Part shown: positions 27,953 through 36,790 of the stretch, in pieces | How the letters are laid out: each line of letters opens with the position of its first letter | How positions within the stretch are numbered: the stretch's first letter is position 1 | Source of the DNA: Candidatus Multiplicimicrobium inquinatum | GTDB lineage: Bacteria; Omnitrophota; Omnitrophia; Omnitrophales; Aquincolibacteriaceae | NCBI GenBank assembly: GCA_002344825.1 | Contig: DDUN01000006.1 | Coordinates: 9,816-73,815 of the forward strand | Reading direction: 5' to 3' | DNA length: 64,000 bases | Notes under the pieces: generated by a model | Database searches by the model: none | The model's input: the letters and a program-made list of their open reading frames with translations, nothing else | Told to the model about the DNA's origin: nothing | Made by a program: the position numbers and the translations under genes

Positions 27953-29806
27953 ATGGATATTTCAGATAATAAGAATTTTAGTGAAGGTAAACGGAAGGCA
28001 CTTGATTTAGCGGAATCCGCGCGGCAGAGCGATTGGACTCACCCCAGCTTTGCGGCTGAAATCTTTAAAGGGCGCATGGCATGGAATTTACTGATGCCTT
28101 ATCCCGCTCAAAATACGGATGATAAAAAAATCGGCGATGCGGTCATTGCCACTATTCGCGAAGTTTTAAAGAAGCACATTGATCCCGATGAAGTGGACCG
28201 TACCGGAATTATTTCCGAAGAAGCTTTAAAAGCACTTTCAGATTGCGGTGCTTTTGCGATTAAAATTCCAAAAAAATACGGCGGGCTTGGTTTAACCCAG
28301 GTGAATTACAACCGCGTATTGCATTTTGTTGCCAGCTATTGTGCGTCCACCGCGGTATATCTTTCGGCGCATCAGTCCATCGGCGTTCCTCAGCCATTGA
28401 TTGTTTTTGGAACAGAAGAACAAAAGCAAAAGTTTTTGCCGCGTTTCGCGACAGGTTCGATTTCCGCTTTCGCCTTAACCGAACCGGATGTCGGCAGTGA
28501 TCCCGCGAAAATGACTACCAAAGCCGAACCGACGCCGGATGGAAAGCATTTTATTATCAACGGTGAAAAGCTCTGGTGTACCAACGGTATCCGCGCTGAC
28601 ATCATGGTGGTGATGGCACAAACTCCGGCCAAGATCGTTCACGGGAAGCCGCGCCAGCAAATTACGGCCTTTATTGTGGAGAGATCCATGGGCGGCGTTG
28701 AAAATGTTCACCGTTGCGAGTTTATGGGGTTGAAGGGAATTCAGAACGGACTTTTGCGTTTTAATAATGTGAAGGTTCCCGTTGAGAACATCATTGGCGG
28801 AGAAGGACAAGGATTAAAAATTGCCCTTACGACGCTGAATACCGGCCGTTTGACGATGCCTGCCGCGGTAACCGGAGCATCGAAGTATTGTTTACAATCG
28901 GTGATTGAATGGTCGAATGAACGTGTGCAATGGGGTTCTAAAATCGGAAAACATGAAGCCGTTGCGTCCAAGATTGCGGCGATGACTTCCACGATTTTTG
29001 CGATGGAATCAGTTTCAGAAATTGCTTCCGTCATGGCTGATAAAAAGGAAACGGATATTCGTCTGGAAGCAGCAATGGCAAAACTCGCCACCACGGAAGC
29101 TTCTTGGAAAATTGTGGATGGTGCGGTGCAGATTCGCGGCGGGCGTGGTTATGAAACTGCCCGTTCCTTAAAAGCCCGCGGTGAAAAACCCTGGGCGGTG
29201 GAACGTGTGATGCGCGATGCCCGTATTAATACGATCATTGAAGGAACAAGCCAGATTATGCGCCTCTTTATCGCGCGTGAAGCGATGGATATGCATGTGC
29301 GCAATATCATGTCGGTGATTGGTCCGCGCGTGAGCTTCTTCAAGCGCATTGGAAATTTCTTTAAAGCGTTCGCTTTCTACGCGGTTTGGTATCCGAAGCA
29401 GTATCTGCCGGGCAGTACTGTGCCTGAAGGCGTGCCTTCACGGTTGATGACGCATTTTAAGTTTATTGGCTGCAATGCTAAAAAACTGGCCCGCCACCTG
29501 TTCCATGCGATGATGATTTATCAAACTAATTTGGAAGGAAAACAGCATTTGCTCGCGAAGCTTGTGAACGTTGGAACGGATCTTTTTTCAATGTCTTGCG
29601 CTCTTTCGCGTGCGGTTTACTTGCATCAGCAAAATCCTTCCGATGACGGTGCGCTTGAACTTGCGGATTTATTTTGTTTGCAGGCTCGCGGACGGATACG
29701 CAAACAGTTTTCAGGCTTGTTTTTTAACCGGGACAAGTTCGTTTATAAGGTTGCTCAGAATGCTTTGGAAGGTAAGTATCGCTGGCTCGAATCCGACATT
29801 TTCTAA
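27953..29806 (+). CDS. acyl-CoA dehydrogenase family protein (long form with a C-terminal extension)
   Basis: The ACAD N-, middle and C-terminal domains are recognisable (ALTEPDVGSDPA, GEKLWCTNG, IRGGRGYE), followed by a ~200 aa C-terminal domain. Confidence 0.75.
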   Translation: MDISDNKNFSEGKRKALDLAESARQSDWTHPSFAAEIFKGRMAWNLLMPYPAQNTDDKKIGDAVIATIREVLKKHIDPDEVDRTGIISEEALKALSDCGAFAIKIPKKYGGLGLTQVNYNRVLHFVASYCASTAVYLSAHQSIGVPQPLIVFGTEEQKQKFLPRFATGSISAFALTEPDVGSDPAKMTTKAEPTPDGKHFIINGEKLWCTNGIRADIMVVMAQTPAKIVHGKPRQQITAFIVERSMGGVENVHRCEFMGLKGIQNGLLRFNNVKVPVENIIGGEGQGLKIALTTLNTGRLTMPAAVTGASKYCLQSVIEWSNERVQWGSKIGKHEAVASKIAAMTSTIFAMESVSEIASVMADKKETDIRLEAAMAKLATTEASWKIVDGAVQIRGGRGYETARSLKARGEKPWAVERVMRDARINTIIEGTSQIMRLFIAREAMDMHVRNIMSVIGPRVSFFKRIGNFFKAFAFYAVWYPKQYLPGSTVPEGVPSRLMTHFKFIGCNAKKLARHLFHAMMIYQTNLEGKQHLLAKLVNVGTDLFSMSCALSRAVYLHQQNPSDDGALELADLFCLQARGRIRKQFSGLFFNRDKFVYKVAQNALEGKYRWLESDIF

Positions 29807-29825
29807 TCTAAAACGACTGAAAAGG

Positions 29826-29915
29826 TTCATCTGCTGCGTTATGCGCTGCACTTCCTTGTGCGGCGTATTGCCCAGATACGCCTCCTCGGGCGTTTGCGCA
29901 AGCCTTGCAGCTGAA
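29826..29915 (+). repeat. intergenic repeat, family 2 copy, just after the acyl-CoA dehydrogenase stop
   Basis: Carries ttcatctgctgcgttatgcgctgcacttccttgtgcggcgtattg-cccaga-tacgcctcctcgggcgtttgcgcaagccttgcag. Confidence 0.6.
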
Positions 29916-29989
29916 ACCTTTTGAGTCATTTTATATAATAAAAACCCTGCTTGGTTCTTAGCTCTCATTAAGTTATAATTCCCGTCCTT

Positions 29990-31687
29990 ATGACAGAAGA
30001 AAAAAAGCTATCCATCAACGAAAAAATCAAGACAGACAGCCTCTATCTCAAGGGGACTCTGGGGGAGACGGTCGCCAATCAATCCGTCGATCATTTCAGT
30101 TCCAATGAGCTTCAGCTCATTAAATTTCACGGTTTTTATGAACAGGATAACCGTGATGACCGTTCCCGTCTGATCAAAGAAGGGAAAGGCAAATCCTACA
30201 GCATGATGATCCGGTCCAAGGTTCCGGGCGGATTTATGAATGCGGAGCAGTATCTTGCGCATGACAAAATTGCCGATGAGTTTGGTTTGGGGCAATTTCG
30301 GATTACCGATCGTCAGGGAATTCAATTTCATGGTGTTTTGAAAAAGAATATCAAAGGGCTTTTGCAGGCGCTAAACCGGGTGAAAGTGACGACGATTGGC
30401 GCTTGCGGCGATGTTGTGCGCAATGTGATGGCTCCTGCCGCGCCGTTCTTGAAATATCAGAAGCATGGGTTATTGGATTATACCCAAAGGGTTTCAGATC
30501 AATTTCTTTGGAAAAGCGGAACTTACGCTGAGCTCTGGCTCGATGGCGAAAAAGTGGATTTGTCTGCGCTGGAAGCTGAAAAAGTGGAGCCCATTTACGG
30601 CCGTACTTATTTACCGCGTAAATTTAAAATCGCCATGGCTTTTCCTGGAGATAATAGTGTGGATGTTTACGCGCATGATATCGGTATTGTGCCTGAGATT
30701 GTGAACGACAAGCTGACAGGGTTTAATATTTTAATCGGCGGCGGAATGGGAATGACGCATGGTGTGACCACAACTTATCCACGTGTGGCGACTCCGCTTT
30801 GCTTTGTGAAGCCTGAGGAGCTGCTTGATATCACGAAAGCGATCGTGATTGCGCAAAGAGATTTGGGTAATCGTGCGGATCGTAAAAACGCGCGTCTTAA
30901 ATATACGATTGATCGTTTGGGTGAAGCAAAATTTCGCGAAGAAGTCGAAAAGCGTTTCGGTAAAAAAACTGAAAACATTCACCCTTTTGAATTTAAAGAA
31001 ATCGAGCATTATCACGGCTGGCATGATCAGGGTGACGGAAAATGGTTTCTTGGCGTATTCGTACAAAACGGTCGTGTTAAAGATGAGGGCGCCTTTAAGC
31101 TGCGCACGGCTCTGCGCATGATCGTTGAAAAGTGGAAATGCAATGTTGTTTTGACGCCCGAGCAGGATATTTTGCTTTCTGGTTTTACGTCTGAGCAAAA
31201 GCCGGAAGTCGAGCAAATTTTAACTTCACATGGTGTCAAACTCCCTGAATCTTGGGGAACGGTGCAAAAGCACTCGATTGCTTGTCCGGCTCTTCCGACC
31301 TGCGGTCTTGCGATCAGTGAATCTGAGCGCTCGATTCCCGCGGTATTGGATGAAATCGATGCGAATTTAAAGTCGCTCGGATTAGGCGAAGAAAAAATCA
31401 GTATTCGTATGACAGGCTGCCCGAACGGTTGCGCGCGGCCTTATACATCTGAAATTGGTTTTGTCGGTAAAACCGCGGGAACCTACAACATTTATCTAGC
31501 AGGAAGCCACTTGGGCAATCGTTTGAATCAAACTTTCCAAGAAAAAGTGCTGGGTGTTGATCTCGCGAAGAGATTGAAGCCGGTATTTGAGCTTTACAAA
31601 TCAGAGCGACAAGCAGGGGAGCGTTTCGGTGACTTTTGCCACCGTAAGGGAATCGCAACGCTTCAGTCTTTAACGGCAGGGGTTTAA
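29990..31687 (+). CDS. cysI: assimilatory sulfite reductase hemoprotein subunit (siroheme/4Fe-4S), CysI-like
   Basis: Aligns along its whole length with the CysI pattern (KFHG.YEQDNRD, RITDRQGIQFHGVLKKN, YLPRKFK, RADRKNARLKYT, CPALPTCGLA, TGCPNGCARP). Confidence 0.85.
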   Translation: MTEEKKLSINEKIKTDSLYLKGTLGETVANQSVDHFSSNELQLIKFHGFYEQDNRDDRSRLIKEGKGKSYSMMIRSKVPGGFMNAEQYLAHDKIADEFGLGQFRITDRQGIQFHGVLKKNIKGLLQALNRVKVTTIGACGDVVRNVMAPAAPFLKYQKHGLLDYTQRVSDQFLWKSGTYAELWLDGEKVDLSALEAEKVEPIYGRTYLPRKFKIAMAFPGDNSVDVYAHDIGIVPEIVNDKLTGFNILIGGGMGMTHGVTTTYPRVATPLCFVKPEELLDITKAIVIAQRDLGNRADRKNARLKYTIDRLGEAKFREEVEKRFGKKTENIHPFEFKEIEHYHGWHDQGDGKWFLGVFVQNGRVKDEGAFKLRTALRMIVEKWKCNVVLTPEQDILLSGFTSEQKPEVEQILTSHGVKLPESWGTVQKHSIACPALPTCGLAISESERSIPAVLDEIDANLKSLGLGEEKISIRMTGCPNGCARPYTSEIGFVGKTAGTYNIYLAGSHLGNRLNQTFQEKVLGVDLAKRLKPVFELYKSERQAGERFGDFCHRKGIATLQSLTAGV

Positions 31688-31688
31688 T

Positions 31689-32252
31689 ATGACGACCGAA
31701 CCCGTTACGGTTTTAACCGAATTCACTCCTAATCCCAATTCGCTTAAATTTAATACCAACCGAGAGTTTCTCGCTAGTGGCACCGCTTTTTTTGCTTCGG
31801 TTGATAAGGCCGCAAATTCTCCTCTGGCTCAAAAACTTTTTGCGCTCGGAAATATTGCCGAAGTTTTTATTGGGCGTGAGTTTGTTACGGTAACGCGTTC
31901 AGCCGATGTGAAGAGTTGGGCAAAAATCATCTCCGGCGCCACCGAGGTGATTCGGGCTCAGCTGGAATCAGGAGAACCCGCGGTGGTTTTAGCCGAGGTG
32001 GATCCTTCTGCCGCCGCGAATGAGTCGGATATTGTTCGGAAAATCATTGAAGTTCTTGATGAGCGCATTCGCCCCGCAGTAGCGCGTGACGGCGGAGATA
32101 TTATTTTTGATAGTTATGAAGACGGGGTTGTACGCCTTCATCTGCAGGGCGCCTGCTCTTCCTGCCCGAGTTCGACGATGACGCTGAAAGTGGGCGTCGA
32201 ATCGATGCTGAAAGAACTGGTTCCCGAAGTGCGGGAAGTAATTCAAGCCTAA
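31689..32252 (+). CDS. NFU-type Fe-S cluster assembly protein (Nfu_N + NifU-like C-terminal CxxC domain)
   Basis: The C-terminal motif DGGDIIFDSYEDGVVRLHLQGACSSCPSS is typical of Nfu/NifU. Confidence 0.75.
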   Translation: MTTEPVTVLTEFTPNPNSLKFNTNREFLASGTAFFASVDKAANSPLAQKLFALGNIAEVFIGREFVTVTRSADVKSWAKIISGATEVIRAQLESGEPAVVLAEVDPSAAANESDIVRKIIEVLDERIRPAVARDGGDIIFDSYEDGVVRLHLQGACSSCPSSTMTLKVGVESMLKELVPEVREVIQA

Positions 32253-32277
32253 GCTATCTGCTGCTTCTCGTCTTGCT

Positions 32278-33108
32278 TTAAGCTATATCATTCTTAGGAA
32301 ATGTTTTGGGAGCGATCATTTCTCTATCTCGCAAAGAGTCATAGTGGCGGAAGAACCGCTCAGCCTGAAGCATGAAAATCAAACTGGCGCAGGCCGCGAT
32401 TGCCATCAGATAATCCATCGCAAAAACAAGTTGCTGAGATTTTCCGCCTAAAAGCAGCTCGGATTTAACGAAGACGCGGAACACCAAAGCGCCTGCTACG
32501 GTGATGGCAAAGAGCCAATTAAGAAGGCGGCGGTTTGAACTGGGTTTAAGAATGGTCCAGCCGCAATAGCAGCATAAGCAAGCCAAAAGAAGATTCAAAT
32601 GAGGCTCCGAAAGAATCTTGGCAACCCACCGCAAGATACCCCAAAATTCAAGCCGATGAATAACACCGTGAAACAGTTGATATCCGCAAGCCGTGACTGC
32701 CGCTTTCAAAGCAAAACCGATTCCCGTCAAAGTTAAAAGAAAGCTGGTTCTTTTGCGCATGGAGCGGGCGTGAACTTGATCGCTAATCCAAACCGGAATT
32801 TTTTCATGCCACTTCTCCGTGTATTCTAAAATCTTAAGCCCTGCGGTGTGCTTAGAGATGGCAGGCAATGGACGGTTTTGATGATTCACAACCTGAACGG
32901 GAACACTGAAAGGAACCAAAAAACCCGGGAGGGTGAAGTTAAGCCGAAAAACCGTGTCTTTTTTTAGTTCTTCCGCGCAACAAACGGAAAATCCGCCGTA
33001 ACTAAGGTTAAGGATCGTGACTGGCAGTTCTTTTTCCGCTGAGGGAGAAAGAAGGCTGCCCTGAATACGGGTTGGTACTCGAAAGAAACAGCGGGTGGCT
33101 TTACTCAT
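32278..33108 (-). CDS. PilZ domain (c-di-GMP receptor) fused to a C-terminal polytopic membrane domain
   Basis: The N-terminus has RCFFR (RxxxR) and NLSYGG (D/NxSxGG) PilZ motifs. About 4-5 hydrophobic helices follow. Confidence 0.6.
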   Translation of the reverse strand: MSKATRCFFRVPTRIQGSLLSPSAEKELPVTILNLSYGGFSVCCAEELKKDTVFRLNFTLPGFLVPFSVPVQVVNHQNRPLPAISKHTAGLKILEYTEKWHEKIPVWISDQVHARSMRKRTSFLLTLTGIGFALKAAVTACGYQLFHGVIHRLEFWGILRWVAKILSEPHLNLLLACLCCYCGWTILKPSSNRRLLNWLFAITVAGALVFRVFVKSELLLGGKSQQLVFAMDYLMAIAACASLIFMLQAERFFRHYDSLRDREMIAPKTFPKNDIA

Positions 33109-33112
33109 GGGA

Positions 33113-33343
33113 TTACCAGAAATTGAAGATAACTTGAAGCAAAGGATGCGGACAAGTTCTGTTTTCCGTTATCGCTAACAATTTTGATTTGCAGGGTTCC
33201 GTGTACCATTTCAGAAAGGTTTGGACGGGACCTTTGTGGAAAATAAAAAAAGACCAAAGAAGAATATAGACCAAAATAAGCCCGGCAACTTTAAGGGGGA
33301 GCTGAATTCGCGATTCTGTGTCAGTATTCAAGAATGGCTTCAT
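33113..33343 (-). CDS. small hypothetical membrane protein, possibly co-transcribed with the PilZ gene
   Basis: 76 aa with one TM helix, ending 4 nt before the PilZ start. The call is weak. Confidence 0.3.
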   Translation of the reverse strand: MKPFLNTDTESRIQLPLKVAGLILVYILLWSFFIFHKGPVQTFLKWYTEPCKSKLLAITENRTCPHPLLQVIFNFW

Positions 33344-33441
33344 TCGAAAATAGTAGCATGAGCTCTGTTTTTTGCGAAGGAATTATAATTTATTTAACCT
33401 AATTTTTTGCCGATAAATAATGTGAAAATCAAGGAGGGTTT

Positions 33442-33618
33442 ATGCCTGTAAAAAAAATGAAGAAAATCAAGGGTTCGCAGGTTCGGGTTTTTAAAATAAA
33501 GAATCGCCGCGGATTGGCGGGACTTTGTCTGGACCATTTAACGGAAGGGGCATCCAAGCCTCAGGTTTTGGAAAGAATGCGTAAGGCCTTACGCCGTTCG
33601 GGATACGAGCTGATTTAA
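33442..33618 (+). CDS. small basic hypothetical protein (58 aa) with a near-consensus RBS
   Basis: AAGGAGGG lies 5 nt upstream of the ATG. The translation MPVKKMKKIKGSQVRVFKIKNRRGLAGL... is Lys/Arg-rich. It is below the 60-aa cutoff of the ORF track. Confidence 0.45.
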   Translation: MPVKKMKKIKGSQVRVFKIKNRRGLAGLCLDHLTEGASKPQVLERMRKALRRSGYELI

Positions 33619-33647
33619 AAAACAGCTTTTAAGGGCTGATTCCCTGA

Positions 33648-33676
33648 TTGACAGTAAGGAGATGGATTCCTACAAT
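33648..33676 (+). promoter_or_regulatory. sigma-70 consensus-like promoter (TTGACA-N17-TACAAT) upstream of scpA
   Basis: An exact -35 and a near-consensus -10 with a 17-nt spacer. Confidence 0.55.
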
Positions 33677-33726
33677 AGCCATACTTTGTGGGGTCTAATC
33701 ATTTAACCTACTGGATTTAGTGCGCC

Positions 33727-34641
33727 ATGCCTGATTCGTCTGATAACAATATAAACTCGTCCTCTGAGGAAACGTCCGGCGAACTTCCTTTAGTTCATTC
33801 TGCTCCGGCGACTGAGGCTCAATCTACTGAGCCGGTTGAGCCCATTGCTTTTCTGCCGACGGAGAGGTCCATTGCCCTGCATGTCAAACTTGAAATTTAT
33901 GACGGTCCGCTCGATCTTCTGCTCGATTTAATCAAAAAAAATGAAATGGATATTTACAATATCCCGATCACGGTTATTACACGCCAATACCTAGATTATC
34001 TTGAAACATTAAAAAGTCTCGACTTGGAAGTGGCTGGCGAATTTATTGTGATGGCCGCGACTTTGATTCACATAAAGTCGAAAATGCTTCTTCCGCAGGA
34101 AGTGACACAGGAAGAAGATGATTCAGGGCAAGATCCCCGCAGCGAACTTGTGCGTAAGCTTTTGGAGTATCAAGCGTTCAAAGAAGCCGCGCGCGAACTG
34201 GGTTTTTTGCAAACGGAGCGCGGCAAGGTTTTTACGCGTCAAATCACGGATTATTATCTTTCTGATTTAAGTGCGGATGATGTCGGCATTGATACTTTCA
34301 GCGCTAATTTTTATGACCTTCTCGCTGCTTTCCAAAAAGTTTTGACTCAGCACGGGCGCGAGGCCATGCATGAAGTTTATGAGCAGGTTGTTTCGATTGA
34401 AGATAAAATTACGTCGATTAAAGGGCTGTTCACGCACAAAAACACGGTGCGATTTTTTGATTTGTTTTCTGAGCGGTGGACGAAGAATGAATTGATCGCC
34501 ACCTTTTTGGCTTTGCTTGAAATTGTCCGAATGAAAATCGCGATCGTGAAGCAAGACAGTCAGTTTGAAGATATTGTGTTGGAAAAACGCGAACAAAATG
34601 AATTTCAGTTTTCCGTTCCGGCTCCGGCCGATGCGGTTTAA
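33727..34641 (+). CDS. scpA: segregation and condensation protein A
   Basis: ScpA kleisin motifs are present (LEIYDGPLDLLLDLIKKNEMDIYNIPI). Confidence 0.85.
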   Translation: MPDSSDNNINSSSEETSGELPLVHSAPATEAQSTEPVEPIAFLPTERSIALHVKLEIYDGPLDLLLDLIKKNEMDIYNIPITVITRQYLDYLETLKSLDLEVAGEFIVMAATLIHIKSKMLLPQEVTQEEDDSGQDPRSELVRKLLEYQAFKEAARELGFLQTERGKVFTRQITDYYLSDLSADDVGIDTFSANFYDLLAAFQKVLTQHGREAMHEVYEQVVSIEDKITSIKGLFTHKNTVRFFDLFSERWTKNELIATFLALLEIVRMKIAIVKQDSQFEDIVLEKREQNEFQFSVPAPADAV

Positions 34642-34658
34642 GTAAATAGGGGATTATC

Positions 34659-35621
34659 ATGTCAAAAGCGGACGCCGTTAAAGAAAAAGAGAAAGAACAG
34701 AAGCTCAAAGCGCTTAGGCGTGAATTAGACGAGCAAATCACCGAACAGCTTGAAGCAGCTGCCGTTTCTGAGCAGCTGGATACGGAGCGTCTGAATAGTG
34801 TTGATACCCAGCAATTATCCGAAGCGGATCTTGAAGACCCAACGCGCGCCAAGCAGGTAATTGAAGCCCTTATTTTTGCTTCATCGAAACCAATTACCCC
34901 TGCTGAAATCCGCAAAGTTGCAAAGTCGCTGACGCCCGCCGTGATTAAAGACTATGTTGCCGCGATTCAAGCCGAGTATGTTGCCACGAATCGTCCATTT
35001 GATTTGGTTGAAGTTGCCGGCGGTTACGAAATTGCGACCAAAAAAGAATTTGCTCCCTGGATTTTTAAAATTGAGCTTCAGAAAAAAGTAAAGCAAGCTT
35101 CTCATTCCGCGCTTGAGACTTTGGCGATTCTTGCTTATAAGCAGCCTTTGACGCGGGCCGAAATCGAAGAGCTCCGCGGTGTGGATACCAGCGGGGTGAT
35201 GTCGACTTTGATGGAAAAAGATTTTGTGAAGATTGTAGGCAAAAAAGAAGTTCCCGGGCGCCCATTTCTGTATGGCACGACGGATAAATTTTTAGAACAC
35301 TTCGGCTTAAAAGATTTGACCGATTTGCCGAACATTGACGAGATTCGTGATTTGGTTTCGAAATCCGTTAAAAAAGACGAGCTTCTTTCCACTGCCCGTG
35401 TTGTTTCTGCCTCTGAGCCTTCGGCTCAACCGGCGGAAGGAGATTTGTTGGTTTCCGAAGATCCGGTGAAGGCGATTGATCACGAAGCTGAAAAGCGTGA
35501 ACGTGAGAAAATGCTCGCTGAAATTACGGATGAAATTGAATCCGTCAGCACGAAGGTTGATTTTCAGACTGAAGCCCCATCCGCCGAAGCAGCGCCTCCG
35601 CAGGACGAAAAGGCGCAATAA
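34659..35621 (+). CDS. scpB: segregation and condensation protein B (with extended charged N- and C-termini)
   Basis: The ScpB winged-helix core is present (QVIEALIFASSKPITPAEI...GYEIATKKEF...LETLAILAYKQPLTRAEIEELRG). Confidence 0.85.
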   Translation: MSKADAVKEKEKEQKLKALRRELDEQITEQLEAAAVSEQLDTERLNSVDTQQLSEADLEDPTRAKQVIEALIFASSKPITPAEIRKVAKSLTPAVIKDYVAAIQAEYVATNRPFDLVEVAGGYEIATKKEFAPWIFKIELQKKVKQASHSALETLAILAYKQPLTRAEIEELRGVDTSGVMSTLMEKDFVKIVGKKEVPGRPFLYGTTDKFLEHFGLKDLTDLPNIDEIRDLVSKSVKKDELLSTARVVSASEPSAQPAEGDLLVSEDPVKAIDHEAEKREREKMLAEITDEIESVSTKVDFQTEAPSAEAAPPQDEKAQ

Positions 35622-35690
35622 GCCGCGCGCTTGTGTCTCGGTTAAAATTGAGCGGTACGCGTTACGAAATTCGCGGTACAATACTTAAAT

Positions 35691-36773
35691 ATGAGTAAAA
35701 AAAAGCTGCAAGGCATTCGCAAGCATATCGACCAAATTGATTCACGTATTCTAGATCTTCTTGATCAACGGATGCGTCACGTGCTTGCCATCGGCCACGA
35801 AAAATCAAAAAAAGGCAGCCCTGTTTATTCTCCGGCGCGTGAAAAAGAAATTTTTCAGAACCTCGAAAAACGCGCGGCCAAAGGTTTGCTTTCTCCTACG
35901 GCGCTGAAAGCAATTTATCGTGAAATTATGTCGGCGGCTATCGCGCTTGAAAAGCCGATTCAGATTTCTTATCTCGGACCTGAAGCTACTTACACTCATT
36001 TAGCCTCGCTTTCCAAGTTCGGCGCCAGTGTGGCTTATTCTCCCGCGGAAAGTTTTCGGGAAGTGTTTCGCGATGTAGAGCAGGCTGTTTCAGATTACGG
36101 TGTGATTCCCATCGAAAACTCCATCGATGGAGCGGTGACGCATGCGCTTGATTTGCTGATTGATTCTGATTTAAAAATTTGCTCTGAAATTTACTTCGGT
36201 ATTTCGCATCAGTTGATGGCGAAAGTAGACATTAAAAAAATCAAGCGTGTTTATTCAAAGTCGGAAGTATTCGGTCAATGCCGGATGTGGATTGAAAGAC
36301 ATTTGCACGGAGTAGAGTTGATTCCAGCGGCTTCGTCCGCCGCTGCCGCGCAGAAAGTTAAAAATGAAAAAGGAGCGGCCGCGATCGGGTCCGCCTTGGC
36401 GTCGAAGCTTTATGGACTGCCGGTGATCGCGAAAAACATTCAGGACTTTTCCGAAAATGTAACCCGATTTTTAGTGGTCGGTAAAACTATTCCGGGCCAG
36501 ACGGGAGATGATAAAACTTCGATTTTAGTTTCCGTTAAAGACAAGGTCGGAGCTTTGCATGAGGTGATTGCGCCTTTCATGAAGTATAAAGTGAATATGA
36601 GCAAAATTGAATCGCGTCCGTCTAAGAAAAAAGCCTGGGAGTATTATTTTTTTATTGATTTCGAAGGGCATGTTGAGAATCCGCGCGTGCGCCGCATGCT
36701 CGCGGAAGTTGAAAAGCATGCTCGTTTCGTCAAAGTTTTGGGGTCATTTCCTTCAGCCGGAGCCAGCCGGTAG
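35691..36773 (+). CDS. pheA: bifunctional chorismate mutase / prephenate dehydratase
   Basis: Comprises a CM_2 N-terminus (IDQIDSRILDLLDQRM), a PDT domain and a C-terminal ACT domain. Confidence 0.85.
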   Translation: MSKKKLQGIRKHIDQIDSRILDLLDQRMRHVLAIGHEKSKKGSPVYSPAREKEIFQNLEKRAAKGLLSPTALKAIYREIMSAAIALEKPIQISYLGPEATYTHLASLSKFGASVAYSPAESFREVFRDVEQAVSDYGVIPIENSIDGAVTHALDLLIDSDLKICSEIYFGISHQLMAKVDIKKIKRVYSKSEVFGQCRMWIERHLHGVELIPAASSAAAAQKVKNEKGAAAIGSALASKLYGLPVIAKNIQDFSENVTRFLVVGKTIPGQTGDDKTSILVSVKDKVGALHEVIAPFMKYKVNMSKIESRPSKKKAWEYYFFIDFEGHVENPRVRRMLAEVEKHARFVKVLGSFPSAGASR

Positions 36774-36790
36774 ATTTTCAAGGATATTTT

